Assembly (NCBI GenBank): GCA_021613535.1
Contig: CP075493.1
Span: 11,160,001-11,224,000, forward strand
Direction: 5' to 3'
DNA from: Adineta vaga
Taxonomy: Eukaryota; Animalia; Rotifera
Length of the DNA: 64,000 nt
Within the stretch, counting starts at the first letter, position 1. Every line of letters begins with the position of its first letter. The notes under the pieces were generated by a model. That model did not search any database. It worked only from the letters and a program-made list of their open reading frames with translations, and was not told the DNA's origin. Positions 25,244 to 37,512 of the stretch are shown here, in pieces. Position numbers and translations under genes: made by a program.

Positions 25244-26566
25244 ATGATAAGTGATAATAAGTCTCGAACTTTATTCGAACATCTACCTGTGGAAATTATT
25301 CTTCACATCTTAGATTTTTTTTCATTTCAACAACTTCTCACTTCTTTCTCTAATCTTAATTTATGCATCAATGCAATTATTCAGTCGGTTCGACACAAAT
25401 ATCATGGAGTTAGAAACAATAACATCGATTCCATCCAACTTCTTCAAGCATTTCCAACTCTCATCGATAGTTTCGTGATCATTAATTCTGATACAGTTGA
25501 TTTGACACCTTTGATCAATTTACGTTCACTTTCATTGGAATACGCCACGTATACACAACTGAACAGTATTCGACCAGAATGTTTTCCTCTACTTGAAATT
25601 CTTCATATCAAAGGTAAATGAATGACTATCGATAACCATGATCTTTATGTTTTCTTCTCTAAGATGTCCATGAAAGTTCGAAAGATAATGCAAAAGTCAT
25701 ACATAATATATTTGAAGTGATTCTGTCGAATGGTTTTCCTCGACTTCGAATCTGTACAGCATTGGATGTTGGAACTGTACCATTCAGTAAAACATGGACA
25801 GGATCACCTAATCTTCGAGTTCTTAACCTACCAATAAGAACAGATGAGGATAAAGAAAAACTTCGACGAAAATTTCCACAAATATGTCGATTGACAACTT
25901 ATGAACAATCATTAATCGATCCAAATCCAAGTAAATTATATGATTATTTGTCAGAAACAGTTTTATACTGAGGAGACTATATCTATTTCACTTTTTGTAG
26001 ATATCCTTGTGAACCGTAGGAAACGTTTTGAACAAGATATTCAAAAACTCAAAGAATTGGAATTAGAAAATAGGTTTATATTTGACAATTATTCAGGACA
26101 TCATTCCTTTGATACAAATAATCCACCACCTCGTTTCAATAACACAAGAATAGATAAACGTATTATCAAAGAAGGTTTCACTATCATTCAAGGTCGAATT
26201 TTATTACAAACTGAACCATATCGTGATGGATCATTTCTTGTTGAAATTGCATTTCCGCAAGAATATCCATTTAAACATCCTAATATAACATTTCTAGATC
26301 CTATTTATCATCCGAATATTTCAAAGTCAGGTGCATGTTGTGGCTGTGATTGTGGTTTTCGTTTTTCAACTCCTGTTATGTATCGACCGACAACAACATT
26401 GAATAGTATTATCATGAAGATTATTGAAACCATTGAACAACCGTTTCCTATAGATGCAGAGGAATCTCATAACCCTAAATGTCTTATTGAATATCGTAAT
26501 GATTACCAGACATTTTACAAGAAAGCATTCGAATGTACATTAACCTATGGACGACCACGCTACTAA
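25244..26566 (+). CDS. F-box + LRR-like + UBC (E2, UBE2L3-like) fusion protein, 400 aa, 3 exons
   Basis: Exons 25244-25613, 25664-25930 and 26001-26566 total 1203 nt in frame, with phase-1 GT-AG introns. F-box LFEHLPVEIILHILDFF; LRR-like LINLRSLSL and FPRLRICT; E2 core EPYRDGSFLVEIAFPQEYPFKHPNITFLDPIYHPNISKSGACC. Confidence 0.85.
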
Positions 26567-26783
26567 ATTGATCACAAAAAAAGAATGATGACAGAAAAAT
26601 ACCTTTTTAATTTCTATCGTCATATTCTTCGTTTTTCTTTTCTTCAATAAAATTGATCGTCGAATACTGACATCTATACGAAATAAATGTTCGGATTGCA
26701 TTGAGTCATAAGATTGTGTCCGTTATCTTTGCGTGTCAGATCTTTATTATTTTTTTCATCGCATCAACAGAGAATAGGTAGTA

Positions 26784-27311
26784 ATGATGAACGAAATCGA
26801 ATCTAAATATTCAATTTACTTCCTAAGTCAAAAGCCAGAATATATTGAAGAAATGGCAAAAATATTTTACAACGAATGGCAAGATAGTTATCATGCGAGT
26901 GGATTGCATGATTTAGAAGCAGTTATACAAGATATGAAAGATGATCATGCCCTTAATGAAAACAAATTACCTTTATTAATGCTTGCATTGGATAATCAAA
27001 ACCAAAATCTTGTTGCAACTATAGGTTTAGAAATATGCGATGTATCGCCAGGTAATCCATACTATAATACAACACCGTGGGTAGCTTGTACTTTTACTAA
27101 ACCAGAATATCGTGGACAAGGTATTGCAAAATATATGACTCAAAAATTACTCGAACATACAAGGCAATTAAATTATACACATCTTTGGTTATGGACTAGG
27201 ACTGCTGAAGGTTTTTTTGAAAAGTTAGGATTTCATTTCGTAGAAAAACTAAGACATGGTCAATCAGATATTACCGTTATGAGAATTGACTTTGATACGT
27301 CAAATTATTAG
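26784..27311 (+). CDS. GNAT family N-acetyltransferase, bacterial-like
   Basis: Acetyl-CoA motif A PWVACTFTKPEYRGQGIA and LWLWT..AEGFFEKLGF; intronless. Confidence 0.88.
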   Translation: MMNEIESKYSIYFLSQKPEYIEEMAKIFYNEWQDSYHASGLHDLEAVIQDMKDDHALNENKLPLLMLALDNQNQNLVATIGLEICDVSPGNPYYNTTPWVACTFTKPEYRGQGIAKYMTQKLLEHTRQLNYTHLWLWTRTAEGFFEKLGFHFVEKLRHGQSDITVMRIDFDTSNY

Positions 27312-28079
27312 TTATGTTTTACATTCTTTTCTTAAAACAATAAAAGAAAACGTCACATGTTGCTTCACAATTCTAGTGGTGTTGAATTTTGTCCCTTGAA
27401 ATCAATTTTCCAATGACATTATTATCTTGAGTTGAATTATACATATCAATGCATTTATAAATCTCATCTAAATTGTGCAACAACTTCGCATAAGGGTATA
27501 ACCATAGAAGAGCATCAACATGCTATATATATCGAGAGACTAATAGGAATAAATATACAAAGGTTTTTAATGACCTATTCTAATATTGCGATATAGAGTC
27601 ACATTGTTGCTGTTAATATTTCTACTTGCTTTCGAAAAGAACATCTCATACGTCAATCAGAAATAAAATCTTTATTTCTTCAAGAAAATAAAATAAAATT
27701 TTTATCGTAAATTTTTCTATTCCATTAAAATCGGGATTTGCTAAATAGAAATCTCCGTTCGTTCTATCCAGATAAAACCCTTCTGGATAATATCAATTCC
27801 TGCGAATCCTGTTTGGTCATTAATTAATTGTATTGTTTTATCTTGAGATACATAAAGATTTCCATGACAATCATACTCAATTCCATTCGGAATTAATTTT
27901 TCACCTTGCATAACAATTTCACTTTCGTTTGAATTCGTTATCCAACGTTGAATCTGTTATTAGATCGCTTATTCTTCAAGATTACTCATTCAGATGTAAC
28001 GATATCATCAGACATTTACTATTTATTTGATTGCTTATCTATGAAACAATTTCGTTCTTTTTATCTTAAATGACTGCAG

Positions 28080-28760
28080 CACTTCTTCGACATCGTCCAA
28101 TTCATTCGATTGATGATGAAGACAATATACGAATTCATTTACATTAATATGTTTAGATTCGTTACAAACACGAACAATGTCGAAACAAATTAATAATAAT
28201 CATCGCTTATTTTATAATGATATTGATTTATTTTCTGTAATGATCATAATAAATATACGAACTACTTCAAATCTTCCTATGTTATTGATATTTGTACTGA
28301 TTATAATGTATTAAAAACTTCGATTCAACGTGTTTTACCCTCCATTAAAATTTCATTTATTTGAAAATCGTCCTTTGAATACAGTACGATCATTAACAAC
28401 AACATATAATCGTACAAGTACACTTTCTTCATATATTTTATTTGTTGAAATAATACAACAAGTTCCATACAAAGTGAGCAAGCAAAAGATACGATAAAAT
28501 GGTATACAAAAGATTTACTTATATATCGAATCATTAATAAAGCATTTCGAACTGAAGATACAGTACTCCGGTATATTTTTCGATATTTTATTCGTGATTT
28601 ATGTAAAAAAATTGAATCCGGCTATCAACAACAGAATCATCATGAATGCTTCATAGTCTATCGTGGACAATCGCATTTACCTAAACAAGAATTCAATTTC
28701 CCAATGCTTGACAAATGTGTTTCGAACAATTATCTATCAACTGCAAACTGTTTGATGTTT
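28080..28760 (+). pseudogene. Degraded ADP-ribosyltransferase (ART)-domain gene fragment
   Basis: The frame from about 28473 reads IKWYTKDLLIYRIINKAFRT...YFIRDL...IVYRGQ...NNYLST, the same signature as the intact ART-TPR genes at 41-48 kb. Upstream part has stops and frameshifts. Confidence 0.75.
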
Positions 28761-28929
28761 GCTTTGTATTTTGTTTATTGATTGAAGATTTTTTTAAAAC
28801 TTCGTTAATTTTGTATCTTTTTGAAAGAAAATTTTCTTTTTGAACACCCACCCACACCTTTTCTAGATGAATATCCTCGTCTTCCCTCTAGTGACAACAA
28901 AAAGTAAGATCCCTGTTTTCAGCATTCCT

Positions 28930-29630
28930 GTCTATCGGTAACCTTCAATAATTTAGCATCAACAAACACAGCAGTTAATCTGCCACTATCGTCATGTCCT
29001 ATACCCGTTATCAATGCAACACGGAATAACGAAAGTATTATTATCGTTAATCCAACTAGTCGATATCGTCGAAACGAAAATGGATTGTGTTTGCCGAGAG
29101 ATTTATTTATAGATAATCTTCATGATACCGTCACAGGACATTACTGTTGCGAGTAAAGGTCTTTTAAAACCTCAATCAATGTTTATTGATATTCATACAG
29201 AAAATATGTATATTCTCGATTTTGACAAGAAAGAAACGTATGAAACGGCGAATCCACTATCTTATCGTATTCATTTATGGAAGAAAAATGAGGATATTGG
29301 AACAATAATAATCAGTGAATTTGTAGAATATGTATTAGGAGATAGTTATCATCCTGTCGCATCAGATAAAGAAATAGATATATATGTTTGAACATGATTT
29401 TATATTAAAAAAATGGTTAGTCAATGCTACTGAAGGTATTACAGTAATCGAAAATTTAATGTATGTTATTGGAATAACAATGGATTGCTCTATTTTACTG
29501 AAACAAATTTGCATACTATTTATCAATCAAATATGATGTGTAATCAAAAACGAATCATTTTTGGGAACGATGCTAATTCTAAAAAGACAATGGAATTTTG
29601 GCCAACACAAATAAAAATTGGTCGTAACAT
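28930..29630 (+). pseudogene. Degraded NHL-repeat gene fragment
   Basis: Fragments GLCLPRDLFID, LLKPQSMFIDIHTENMYILD, RIHLWKKN and KKWLVNATEGITV lie in broken frames. Confidence 0.6.
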
Positions 29631-30479
29631 GTGTATAACTGTTCTTCGTATACTTTTATAAAAGTCGTTACCATATGGATACAGCGCAAGTCGTAGAGAG
29701 TATATTGAAAATAATTTTCATTATGAAATTCATGTTAATAATGTAAAATCTTATAGAATAGAGGCACACAATCTTTTGCGTCGTTCTTGAAAGAAGATTA
29801 AAACTCGACATCTTCAATGATACTTCAGCAATGAAGATAGAAGGAAACAGAATGAAATTGTTTAATCTTTTTCTTAGGCATATGATGTTTATCAATAGCT
29901 CCACAGTTTTATTATTAAGCATAATATTATCATTTTAAGGTAGGTGACTTGTACTCACATCTGATTTTGTCAAATTATACTAGTACTCTTTCGTCAAGTA
30001 CATTCCAAGAAGCTTTGAGACAAATTTTTTTGACATTTTGTCAGTTGAAGAAAGATATCTTTAATAGAAATTTTGTTTTTTCCTCAGAAGATGAATTCTG
30101 TACCATGTATTAATCAAACACATTCTGAGAGAAAAAGTTCTTATTGTCTAAATGGTTTTCTCGTAGCAATACTTGCAATAATTCATTTATACGAGAAGAT
30201 TTTTTGATAGAACAAGATTCGAAATGATGACAACGATACTTGTAAATATGTTCTTCTGAATTAAAAGTTTAAATTTGTTTTGCACTCTAAAAAAATGATG
30301 AACTGGACATTTCTCACCAACATTTTCATTTGACAGGATATGTAAATCAGACTTCTACGTTAAATATGTCTACATATACTTATCTTGATGAAATAATGAT
30401 CGGATTTATTTTTCAGATTAATTCTGACATTTTGTATAAATAGAGAAAAAGTTAATCTTTCAGTAGTCAAACAATAAGT

Positions 30480-31466
30480 ATGTTAACAACGACGATCAGC
30501 AATGAAATTCTCGATCTACAATCTGCTTCAAGAATTATTCTTGCATATGGTGGATTGATTCTTGTCGGTATTGGTACCATTGGAAATATCTTAAATATTT
30601 TAATATTTACTGATATAAAAGCACTGCGTAAAATGCCAAATTCAGTATTTTTATTTACTTTCCTCATTGCAAGTCTAGTGCAATTATGGACAGCTCGTTT
30701 TTCTCGCTCTTTGCTGACTCTTAATGGAATTGATTTGGTTGCTCTGTCTCCAGTTTAGTGTCAAATTCGATGGTTATTTGGCCGTATAAGTTCGAATACT
30801 ACAATGGCAAGTATTTGTTTGTCCAGTATTGATCGTTATCTTAGTACATCACGTAATGCACATTATCGTCAACTAATAACTATTCGACGGGCTATTCTAA
30901 TGGTCTTTATTATCGTTTTCATATATGCCATTCCATTCATTCCCGATGCTTTTTATTACACAGGACCAAACTGTACAGCACCAACAGAACCTTATGACTA
31001 TCGACAATTCATTACTTATTTTAATACAATAGTTACCAGTCTATTACCTTTTCTTATTCTAGTTATATTTAGTATATTAACGTGGCACAATTTACAATCA
31101 GTTCAACTTGTTCAACGTACTCGATTCGAAGCACAAGTGAATCGAATGATGTTTGGTGAAGTTGGTATGGTCTGTTTTACATCATTTCCTAATATTATTT
31201 CAAATATCTATTCATTGAGTATGCAAGGAGTTAAAAAGTCTGCATTGAGAACGGCACAGGATAATCTTTGGTCGAATGTATTCAATACTATAAATATTTT
31301 AACATATGCTTTATCATTTTACTTATTTTTTATAATATCATCCAGTTTCAGACAAAATGTTCGAACCGTTTTATGTTGTAAAAAACAAGCTCGTGTTGGA
31401 ATATCAGAACATGGATTGACAACTTTAACACTTAATCAAACTTTTACCAAAGCTTCGCGTCATTGA
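30480..31466 (+). pseudogene. Rhodopsin-like GPCR interrupted by a single in-frame TAG
   Basis: ORFs 30480-30758 and 30804-31466 are in the same frame (SPV*CQIRW...SIDRYL). GN in TM1, DRY after TM3; TAG at 30756-30758. Confidence 0.8.
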
Positions 31467-32055
31467 TTTTAAACTTACATTAAATGTTGTAGTATGACTC
31501 GATGCGATGTTCGTTTGTATTTTTGTTAGAAGAAAAGTCATCGTAAATAGAGAACGGTAGTTAGACATTATTTCACGTTTGAACACAAACTCATCTGATT
31601 TCTAATAACATTCAGTATTCAAGTTGACTATCCACAATTGACTCATTATAGATATAAGTTTCTATACATATTTACTAAATTGAATCGTTTTATTTTTTTT
31701 TCGTAGCTAATTTCTTTTATCAATCAATGTTTCTTGTTTGATAAAAAAAAGTATATACTTTGAGTTCTTCTGCGTTTATTCATCGCCAATGAGATGCATA
31801 AAGATTCTAATTTGTGATACTTAAAAATGCATCCAGAAAAAGAAAAACATTAGATTTATTCGGATGAATCAATAAAATATGTACAACATATTTTTCTTTT
31901 CATTATAACCATTGGATGAGAAAAGAGAGGCGTATATATTTACTTTCATTCTTTCAATATTTATATAAAAAACGATCTTAAACTAATACATATGCGTTAT
32001 GTTTTTATTTCTTAAACAAATCAAAATTGATCACTAGTTTCGTTATTGGTCAATA

Positions 32056-34648
32056 ATGGTACTTTTGTTAACTTCACAATGGTGGTTGATGTTGAACATT
32101 GTATTTGTTCAACAGAATTCTCTGATGGCAATTTGGCCATCATTAAATACTTCTAATATTCAAATACTAGGTCTTTTTCAAGATGCAGAAAATGCCACTG
32201 AAACAACTGATTTATCTGTACATTCGCGTGCTATGTTTAAAGCAGCTGTATTACTTTCTCGACATTATAATATCATACTATCAAGGATTCTTATATCGAA
32301 TGGAAAGTAGCACAAACAGGTGGGAATGCCATTAGTGCTCTGAGTGATACGTGTTAAGCCATACCTTCCTCGACTATTGTTGGTATTGTCGGTCCATCAT
32401 TTTCTCGAGAAGTTTATCAGATAGCTGATTTTACTCAAACAATTGGTATTCCTGTTGTCTCCTATGGTGCAACTGATCCGCATCTATCGAACAGTTCTTT
32501 CGGATACAACTGCTGCGCTCGCAATGATTCAGTTATTTCTTCGATATAATTGGACATCATGCATAATGATATATCAAAATGATGCGTTTGTAATCAATGG
32601 TGCGAAAGTTATTAGTGATACATTGACCCGTAACGGTTCAGTAATTCAACATTCAATAATTTTCGATATTGTATCACAAAAAATCCAAGGTGATTTAAAA
32701 CAAATTCTACTCAGTAGTACAACACGTATCGTTGTCTTATGGGCTTCAGAAAGTTCAACATCTCTAATTATTGAAAATGCTCTCACACTGAATGTGCTTG
32801 GTCCACGATTTACATGGATATTAAGTTCACGTTTTCCATTGACTTCATTCAATCAAACATATTATCAAAACTTAGTTGGAATGTTGACTGTTGAACCAGT
32901 GCCAGGAATACTTGTGAATGCACCCTTGAATACAACATTATTGAATGCTGCATATGAACTTTGGAAAGAATATGAACCCGAAACATTTCCTGGATCAACA
33001 AAAGTCAATACCTATGCACTATTTTCATTTGATGCAACATGGGCATTGATTCAATCATTGGAGAAATATTGTTCTAATATGGAAAATAATTCTTCATCAT
33101 GTGTAGCATTTACTGGATCATCGTATTGTTTTCATCGTCGTTTTATTAATTCTAAATTACTATTGAATACAATGAATTCTATTGGATTTCTTGGTATTTC
33201 AGGTCCAATACAATTTAATACGAATGTAACCGATAGAACTAATGGATCATACTATTATGCATAAAATATTCAATCGTCTTCCACTGGTATAAGCTTTATT
33301 CCAGTATTGAAATATTCGTATCCGAATGATTGGAAAATATATGCCGATGGAAGCGTGATAATCTGGCCAGGAAATTCACTAAGTCCTCCCACTAATCGAG
33401 CTGTACTCACAGATATCACTTTAAGAATCGGTGTCATCGTTGCGCCACCATTTACAATGGTTACAAATGTTGTTGATGCATCTGGACAAAATACAACCAA
33501 ATTAGTTGGTTATGTGCCTGACTTGATTGAACTTCTACGAATTCGAATGGGATTTATTGCTGATATTCGAGTAGCATCATCGAATCAAAGTTATTCTAGT
33601 CTAGTTCAATCAGTAGTTAATGGTGATTATGACATTGTTATTGGTGATGTGACAGTTACTAGTACTCGACGAGATATTGTCGGTTTTTCGAATGCAATCT
33701 TTGATAATTCTTTACGAATCATTATGAGAAGAACATCTGATATTAAAGTTGATTTATTCTCTTATTTAAAACCATTTTCGCGTAATTTATGGTTGATACT
33801 TCTCGCTGCAACTGGATTTGCAAGTATAATACTCTGTGTGTTAGAAAGACAAAAAAATGAAGCATTAAAAAATCGAACGATAATAGCGTCGAGTGCTATG
33901 AGTTTATGGTTTTCAATTGGAACAATTATGGGCTATGGTGTTGATTTTCATGTACAAACAGCTGCTGGACGATTATTTACCATTGGTTTGTATTTATTAA
34001 GTTTAGTATTAGTGGCATCCTATACAGCTAATTTAGCATCAGATCTAACCATTCTAAAATCAAAAGACATTATCGATGGTCTTGATGATTTGAAAAATGG
34101 AAAAATTCCATATAATCGTATTGGTATTCGTACTGGTACAGCTGGTGAAGATTTTTATCTACGAGAAATATCTGATGGAAGTCGAAATTTTTATCCATTA
34201 ACATCCAGACAAGATATGTATGATAATTTGCTTGCAGGTACCATTGATGCTTCTTTTATGGATATTGGTATTGCTGAATATATCACAAATAATGTTTATT
34301 GTAACTTAACATTAGTTGGTGAAGATTTTGATAAGGGTGTATTTGGTGTTGTCACTCCGAAACAATGGTTATATGCAAAAGATTTAGACGTGAATATTTT
34401 GTCGTTGAGAGAAGCAGGTTCATTGGATAATTTAAAACAAAAATGGTTTGAAACAAAAGGTTGTTTAGACACAACTACAACCTTCAACTGCAATGGGAAT
34501 TGAATCATTAGCTGGATTATTTCTTACTTTTGGTGTTATTTGTGTGTTAGCATTGATTTTATTTTTGTGGAAGAAACGGCGGATGTTTAAAAAATGTTCG
34601 CTCCGATTGTTATGTAAAAGAAATTCAATGATGAATCATTGTATATGA
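32056..34648 (+). pseudogene. Ionotropic glutamate receptor (AvGluR1-like: ANF/LIVBP N-domain, K+-filter-like pore), disabled
   Basis: Motifs IVGIVGP, IPVVSYGATDP, DIVIGDVTVTSTRR, TIMGYG (33922-33939), SYTANLAS, LKQKWF, and M4 GLFLTFG. Lesions: frameshift about 32280, TAA 32355-32357, deletion/frameshift about 32490, TAA 33262-33264, frameshift about 34483. Confidence 0.88.
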
Positions 34649-34779
34649 CAACTTTCGTTGATCACCTTGCATGTCGACGAGATAAAAAGAATGAGAAATA
34701 CATAAATAAAGCACATGTAAATATAATTAGCACTACAATTTTATATCGAAAATATCATCCAATCGGGTATATTATTCGA

Positions 34780-35529
34780 GAGTAAATCTATTGATCAAGC
34801 CTATCTCTCGTTCAGAGATCGATTTGGTCACATACAACACATATTCAGTCATCGAACTTTTCCATGTTTGGAACAATTATGCTAAATGGATTGATTGTTG
34901 ATTGATGTGCAGCAAATTAGTAGTCAATTGACGAGCTAGGTCAGCTAATCATATATATCGTGATATTCACCAACATTGTCAAAATTTGTTACTTGGTATC
35001 TTTGATTTGGTCGCTTTTGATTATGATTTGGAAACCCTCGATAATATCGATAATGAACAAAAATGTTATAAGTTTCTCCTTGATAATTAATTACAACTTA
35101 AGTAGAATTCTCTTATCTTTGAGGCTGCAGAAAATCAAAGTAGAAATTTTCAACCACAATGACAATCCAGATTCAACACTAGGACAACTTGATTCATTTA
35201 TCTAGTTCGATTATGTCATTAATGAATTACTTCGTTATTCCTCACATTTGCCTGGAACAGTTCGTACACTAACAGTGGTATTCAATTATTTAAAGGTGAT
35301 CAAGCAATTATTACATCCTATTTTTTGACGGATGATGCTCGCTTATGATCAATCAATCTGAAAATGTTTTATCCTGAACGATTTCTAGTTAACAACAAAA
35401 ATGATCTTTGGTTGACTTATGCAACAAATGACATATGGTGACGGTGATCCTGAAGTCGATGCAAGAGGTTATCTATCAAGATTAAATATTATGCCTAAAC
35501 ATGTTGACGTCAATATCGAATTTGCTTGA
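34780..35529 (+). pseudogene. Cytochrome P450 relic
   Basis: DYVINELLRY (ExxR, 35224-35235), GTVRTLT and FYPERFL (PERF, 35373-35384), with in-frame stops. The heme-Cys motif is not found. Confidence 0.75.
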
Positions 35530-35865
35530 AGATTTATTGACTGTACTTAGCAATATGTAAAAACATGAGTATAGGAGTATAACTTATGAATAATTCTTTT
35601 TTCGTCGATGATGGCATCTTGTGATGTTTTATTTGTATTATAAAGTAGTCTCCATTGAAGGTTTTTTTCTCTTACTTTCTCATTCGGAGCAATCATATGA
35701 ATTCCTTCTGCACAGATGTAAGCAACAGCAAACAAGAATTTTATACTTCTTTGGCTTCTTCTTCTCTCATTATATAGCTACATGAACTCATTGTTAGTAA
35801 AAACGAAACTGAATTTTTTTCTCTCTGATTATTATGAGAGAGAGAGAAGAAAAACATTCCCAAGG

Positions 35866-35873
35866 TATAAATA
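35866..35873 (+). promoter_or_regulatory. TATA box of C2 gene copy 1
   Basis: TATAAATA about 80 nt upstream of the ATG, conserved in copy 2. Confidence 0.55.
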
Positions 35874-35948
35874 CATCCAACATTCATCCCTTCTCTTTCA
35901 TTTATTAATCTTCCTACAAAACACAACACTTATTATCAAATCATCACT

Positions 35949-36449
35949 ATGAGCGGTTCACATGGTAATCTCGAAGTTACTGTTATCGAAGCTCGTCATC
36001 TCAAAGATCAAGACATTGTCGGCAAAAACGATGCTTTCGTCGAAGTCTATCTAGACAAAGACTACAAACAACGAACAAAAACGATTCAGAATAACAATGA
36101 TCCACAATGGAATGAAACATTTTCCTTGTAAGTTTGTTCCTTGTACGATGTAATTTAGCTGATTGATATTGATTGTGTAGCAATTTATCACGCAATCATG
36201 ATGATTTACATCTTCATGTCTATGATGATGATACAACTGGTAAAGATTCGATTGGTGATGCAAAGATCGACTTGAAAAAACATGATTTTTCGAAAGGACC
36301 ATTGGATGAATGGGTAAAACTACCAGCATTGTTAGGTCTTCGTTCGAAAGGTGAAGTTCATGTGAAAATTGAACATAAAGTACGTTATTATCTTTCTTTT
36401 GAAACTATGTATAATATTTATATGTTTTCTTTTCTAATTTTAGCAATGA
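35949..36449 (+). CDS. Small single C2-domain protein, copy 1 (3 exons)
   Basis: Introns 36128-36180 and 36380-36443. GNLEVTVIEARHLKDQDIVGKNDAFVEV...PQWNETF...VYDDDTTGKDSIG retains the Ca2+-binding Asp residues. Confidence 0.9.
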
Positions 36450-37125
36450 AACACAGATACGAAATGAACATTTGCCATTTTTAATCTTTATATTAATCCA
36501 GCATGTATTTTTATATCATATTTTCGTGTACATCGAATCATGAAATTTGTAGTTTGATTAGAAATAAATAAATTTAAACATACAGATTATCTCATGCCTC
36601 AGAATTACCAGTTGTTGGACTTCATTCCTTCATAAAGTGTTTCGTTTCCGTAGTATGTGTGAGAAAAAAGACTTTTGAACGATGTATCTTTTTTACAAAT
36701 AACAAAAAGTAATTGCTGATATATATCCCGGCATTGCTGTTAGAGCTTAAATGTTACCTCAAAATATTATTAAACAATTAATCGTACATTTGCTAAAAGC
36801 TGAATAATACCTTTGACTGTTTTATCACACAATGATGAATGGCGATAATGTAGTAATGACGATAGTTATTTAAACCCTTCAACTGCATATCATAGATTAT
36901 TTTTTACTAACTATTACTTCCTATACGATAAGGATTCATGTTGTACAATACTATTTCTTTTGATTCTTTCTTTGTATTTTTTCACCTTCTAGAACGTTTG
37001 CACGTGTTTCATTTTGTGTATCCTCCGTCGATGATATATAAAGTCGTTTTTTTGTCGAAACTTCATTTCATTATTAGTGTTATCATCTTTATAGTTTCAA
37101 TTAATTTATTGTGGATAATCAAAAT

Positions 37126-37512
37126 ATGTCTGCAAAACAAAGTCATCGATCGACTACCAGTTTCATCGAAAAATTGACTGTTTGGGACGGTAGTCGAAAT
37201 GGATATATATTTACAAAACAATTAGACAATACAATAACATTTGAATACGAACCAATGACACCTATGCGTAGCTGTAGTGGTATGTACAGTGGAGGAGAGC
37301 CTGTTTTCAAGCAACTCAAATCGAATGAATGGGCAAAAATCTCTACTAAATTGCAAGAAGCAAAACAACATGGAAAGGCGAATAAATATGGAGCAAAAGG
37401 AGATTTAGTCGTTCAATTTCAATCTGATAAATTAGATGAATCGTTTATTATCGCCTACCATGCGGAATTCCATGACGAACTGATGAACTTTGTTCGCCCA
37501 TATAAAGAATAA
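37126..37512 (+). CDS. Hypothetical protein (intronless, possibly foreign origin)
   Basis: Open frame from ATG 37126 with globular composition (DGSRNGY...FEYEPMTP..SCSGMYSGGEP); no family confidently recognised. Confidence 0.6.
   Translation: MSAKQSHRSTTSFIEKLTVWDGSRNGYIFTKQLDNTITFEYEPMTPMRSCSGMYSGGEPVFKQLKSNEWAKISTKLQEAKQHGKANKYGAKGDLVVQFQSDKLDESFIIAYHAEFHDELMNFVRPYKE

Noticed and set aside
25940-26566. Stand-alone E2 gene starting at ATG 25940
   Set aside because: That ATG lies inside the predicted intron 25931-26000; splicing to the F-box exons keeps the frame. Transcript confirmation is still needed.
30480-34648. Alternative genetic code (TAA/TAG read as Gln) to explain in-frame stops
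   Set aside because: Multi-kb exons contain no in-frame TAA/TAG, intact genes end in TAA/TAG, and the iGluR also has frameshifts.
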